Source of the DNA: Eledone cirrhosa
Lineage: Eukaryota
Length of the DNA: 64,000 bases
NCBI GenBank assembly: GCA_964016885.1
Contig: OZ024750.1
Location: 40,238,001-40,302,000, forward strand
Direction: 5' to 3'
Of this stretch, positions 62,407-64,000 are shown piece by piece. A program made the position numbers and the translations under genes. Position 1 is the first letter of the stretch. Each line of letters opens with the position of its first letter. The notes below the pieces were generated by a model, which saw only the letters and a list, made by a program, of their open reading frames with translations, ran no database searches and was not told where the DNA came from.

Positions 62407-63996
62407 CTACCTGTTCGGCTCCTGAGGAGCAGGTTGCACAATATCCATGGGCGTATTGGAGGGGTTGTTTGGTGGGGTGTTGTTCTGTGGTGGAGTGGGG
62501 GTGTTTGGTGAGGTGTGGGTGGGGAAACGTTTCAAGAGGACGCGGTTATAGGGTCGAGTACATGTTTTCCCCACGTCCTCAGGAAAGTTCTCTCTTAGTT
62601 TTGCATAGGTGTCCATTGGGAGTCTTATCATTTTTAAATGCGGTTTGTTGGCCGCGCTTGCAAAGAATTGCCCTTCAGTTTCCACCAAAGGGTCTTTGTG
62701 TATTGTTTTTACTAGCTCTTTGTTATTTGTGTTAATGTATGTATACTGTTTTATTTGTGTTGTGTTTGTTTGTTGTTCTTGTGTGTGCTTACGTTTTGTT
62801 GTATGTGTTATGTTTTGGGGTGGGGCGGATTTTGTTTGTTCTGTTTGTTTTGTTTTTGTTGGTGGTTGTGTGTTTGTTTCGTTTATGTTCGAGTGGTGCT
62901 TTCTTTTTTTCCTTTTTACAGGTTGGAAGGGTTCCCCCTCTTCGTCACTAGGTGCCGTTTCCGCTGGGTCCTCGTCCGTGCTGTCGGGTAGTGGTGTATT
63001 TTGGGGTTTTGTTGTATTTGTGTGTGTTTTGGGAGTTGTTTTGGGTGGGGCCGTGTCTTGTGTTATTTTTCCCTGTTGTTTTTGTTGTTGTTGTGGTGGT
63101 GGTGGTGGAGGTGGTGGTGGTGGTGGTGGTGGCGGTGGTGGTGTGTGGGGTGTAGGCAAAAGAGCCTTTTTTTTTGTCAATTGAGGACAAGCAGCCCTTA
63201 GATGACCCCTGCTTGAACAGTAGTAACATATGGGCCTCCTACCCTCGGCTGAAATATATATAAATGTTTCTCCATCGAGGGACACCCTCTGTGGTATTCT
63301 AGCGATTCGTTCTGGTCTCATTTGGACCAGAACCTCCACGCTCAAACCGCCGAAAACGTCTGTGGTGACTTCTCCTACTGAGAGGATTCCGTCCTCGTCT
63401 TCTAAAAATCCTGTTAGTACCCAGGAAATGCATGCATTTGGCCGGATTCCGGAGACCCTTATCTTCTGCGTTCTTTTCCCTAAATATGTGGGGAAAAATG
63501 TATATATCTTGGAAACAATTGGTGCCACAGAGTATTTCCTGGCCGTCAATTGATCCTTCATTAGGACCGTTATATTCCCATAGAGTGGCCCTTTTTGTAT
63601 GAACGATATATCACTCCACACATTTTTTAGGACCAGCTCAATCTCTTTTTGGGATAATTGAGTTGGTTTCCTTGTTATGTTGGAAATTGTTCTGAAAGAT
63701 ATCGTTCTTAGCGTCGTGTCTCTTTTGATTTCTTGTGGGGAGGTGATTGTGAAGTCTCCTCCTTCTTTGAAAGTTACATACTGTTTCGCTTCCTTCATCT
63801 TTTCTCTCAGAGTTGTAATGTCCAGTTGCTTGCAGGTTTGTGTTTTCCGGACCGCCTGTGCAAAGGAGGTACCAGTAGTGGGTTCACTTTGTTTGGTGTT
63901 ATCGTTATTTTTTCCTTGGTTGGTGTTGTGACTATTGCTGTTATTGTCGTTGATGTTTTTGTCTGCGTTTATGTGACTTTCTGGGTTTTCACCCAT
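62407..63996 (-). CDS. ORF1 of LINE B (CCHC knuckle)
   Basis: 529 aa with knuckle CYYCSSRGHLRAAC; collinear with family A ORF1 (SFAQAV/SFAGIA, ISAEGRRP/ISVEGKRP). Confidence 0.88.
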   Translation of the reverse strand: MGENPESHINADKNINDNNSNSHNTNQGKNNDNTKQSEPTTGTSFAQAVRKTQTCKQLDITTLREKMKEAKQYVTFKEGGDFTITSPQEIKRDTTLRTISFRTISNITRKPTQLSQKEIELVLKNVWSDISFIQKGPLYGNITVLMKDQLTARKYSVAPIVSKIYTFFPTYLGKRTQKIRVSGIRPNACISWVLTGFLEDEDGILSVGEVTTDVFGGLSVEVLVQMRPERIARIPQRVSLDGETFIYISAEGRRPICYYCSSRGHLRAACPQLTKKKALLPTPHTPPPPPPPPPPPPPPPPQQQQKQQGKITQDTAPPKTTPKTHTNTTKPQNTPLPDSTDEDPAETAPSDEEGEPFQPVKRKKRKHHSNINETNTQPPTKTKQTEQTKSAPPQNITHTTKRKHTQEQQTNTTQIKQYTYINTNNKELVKTIHKDPLVETEGQFFASAANKPHLKMIRLPMDTYAKLRENFPEDVGKTCTRPYNRVLLKRFPTHTSPNTPTPPQNNTPPNNPSNTPMDIVQPAPQEPNR

Positions 63997-64000
63997 TTCT

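Larger units (their letters stand above)
58711..64000 (-). mobile_element. Second Tx1/L1-clade LINE family (B); 5' end lies outside the window
   Basis: ORF1 and ORF2 on the minus strand, clearly homologous to family A. The 3' end reads ...ccctagtggcaaataaagaaacc and abuts the 72-bp array. Confidence 0.95.

Overview
AT-rich, (TA)n-rich animal DNA made almost entirely of repeats. The SINE and MITE types resemble those of octopod cephalopods (inference). No host protein-coding gene could be supported. The largest features are two nearly identical, full-length, head-to-tail Tx1/L1-clade LINEs (20841-26869 and 26909-32945) sitting in an (ATT)n microsatellite, and a third, diverged Tx1-type LINE on the minus strand (58711-end) whose ORF2 carries one in-frame stop. 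The most striking unannotated signal is about 29 manually parsed minimal type I hammerhead ribozyme motifs from roughly a dozen sequence families. Most have palindromic stem III, and several have a compensatory U3:A8 core. Most lie in short fold-back (inverted-repeat) elements within (TA)n tracts, and two families are physically attached to Penelope-like GIY-YIG coding remnants. Also present are tRNA-derived SINEs whose 3' tail resembles the Tx1 LINE tail, RTE fragments (two with twin-priming-type inversions), piggyBac-like TTAA MITEs, hAT-like MITEs, Helitron-like elements, and several tandem arrays grown from transposon ends. All structures were read by eye, so coordinates may be off by a few bases.
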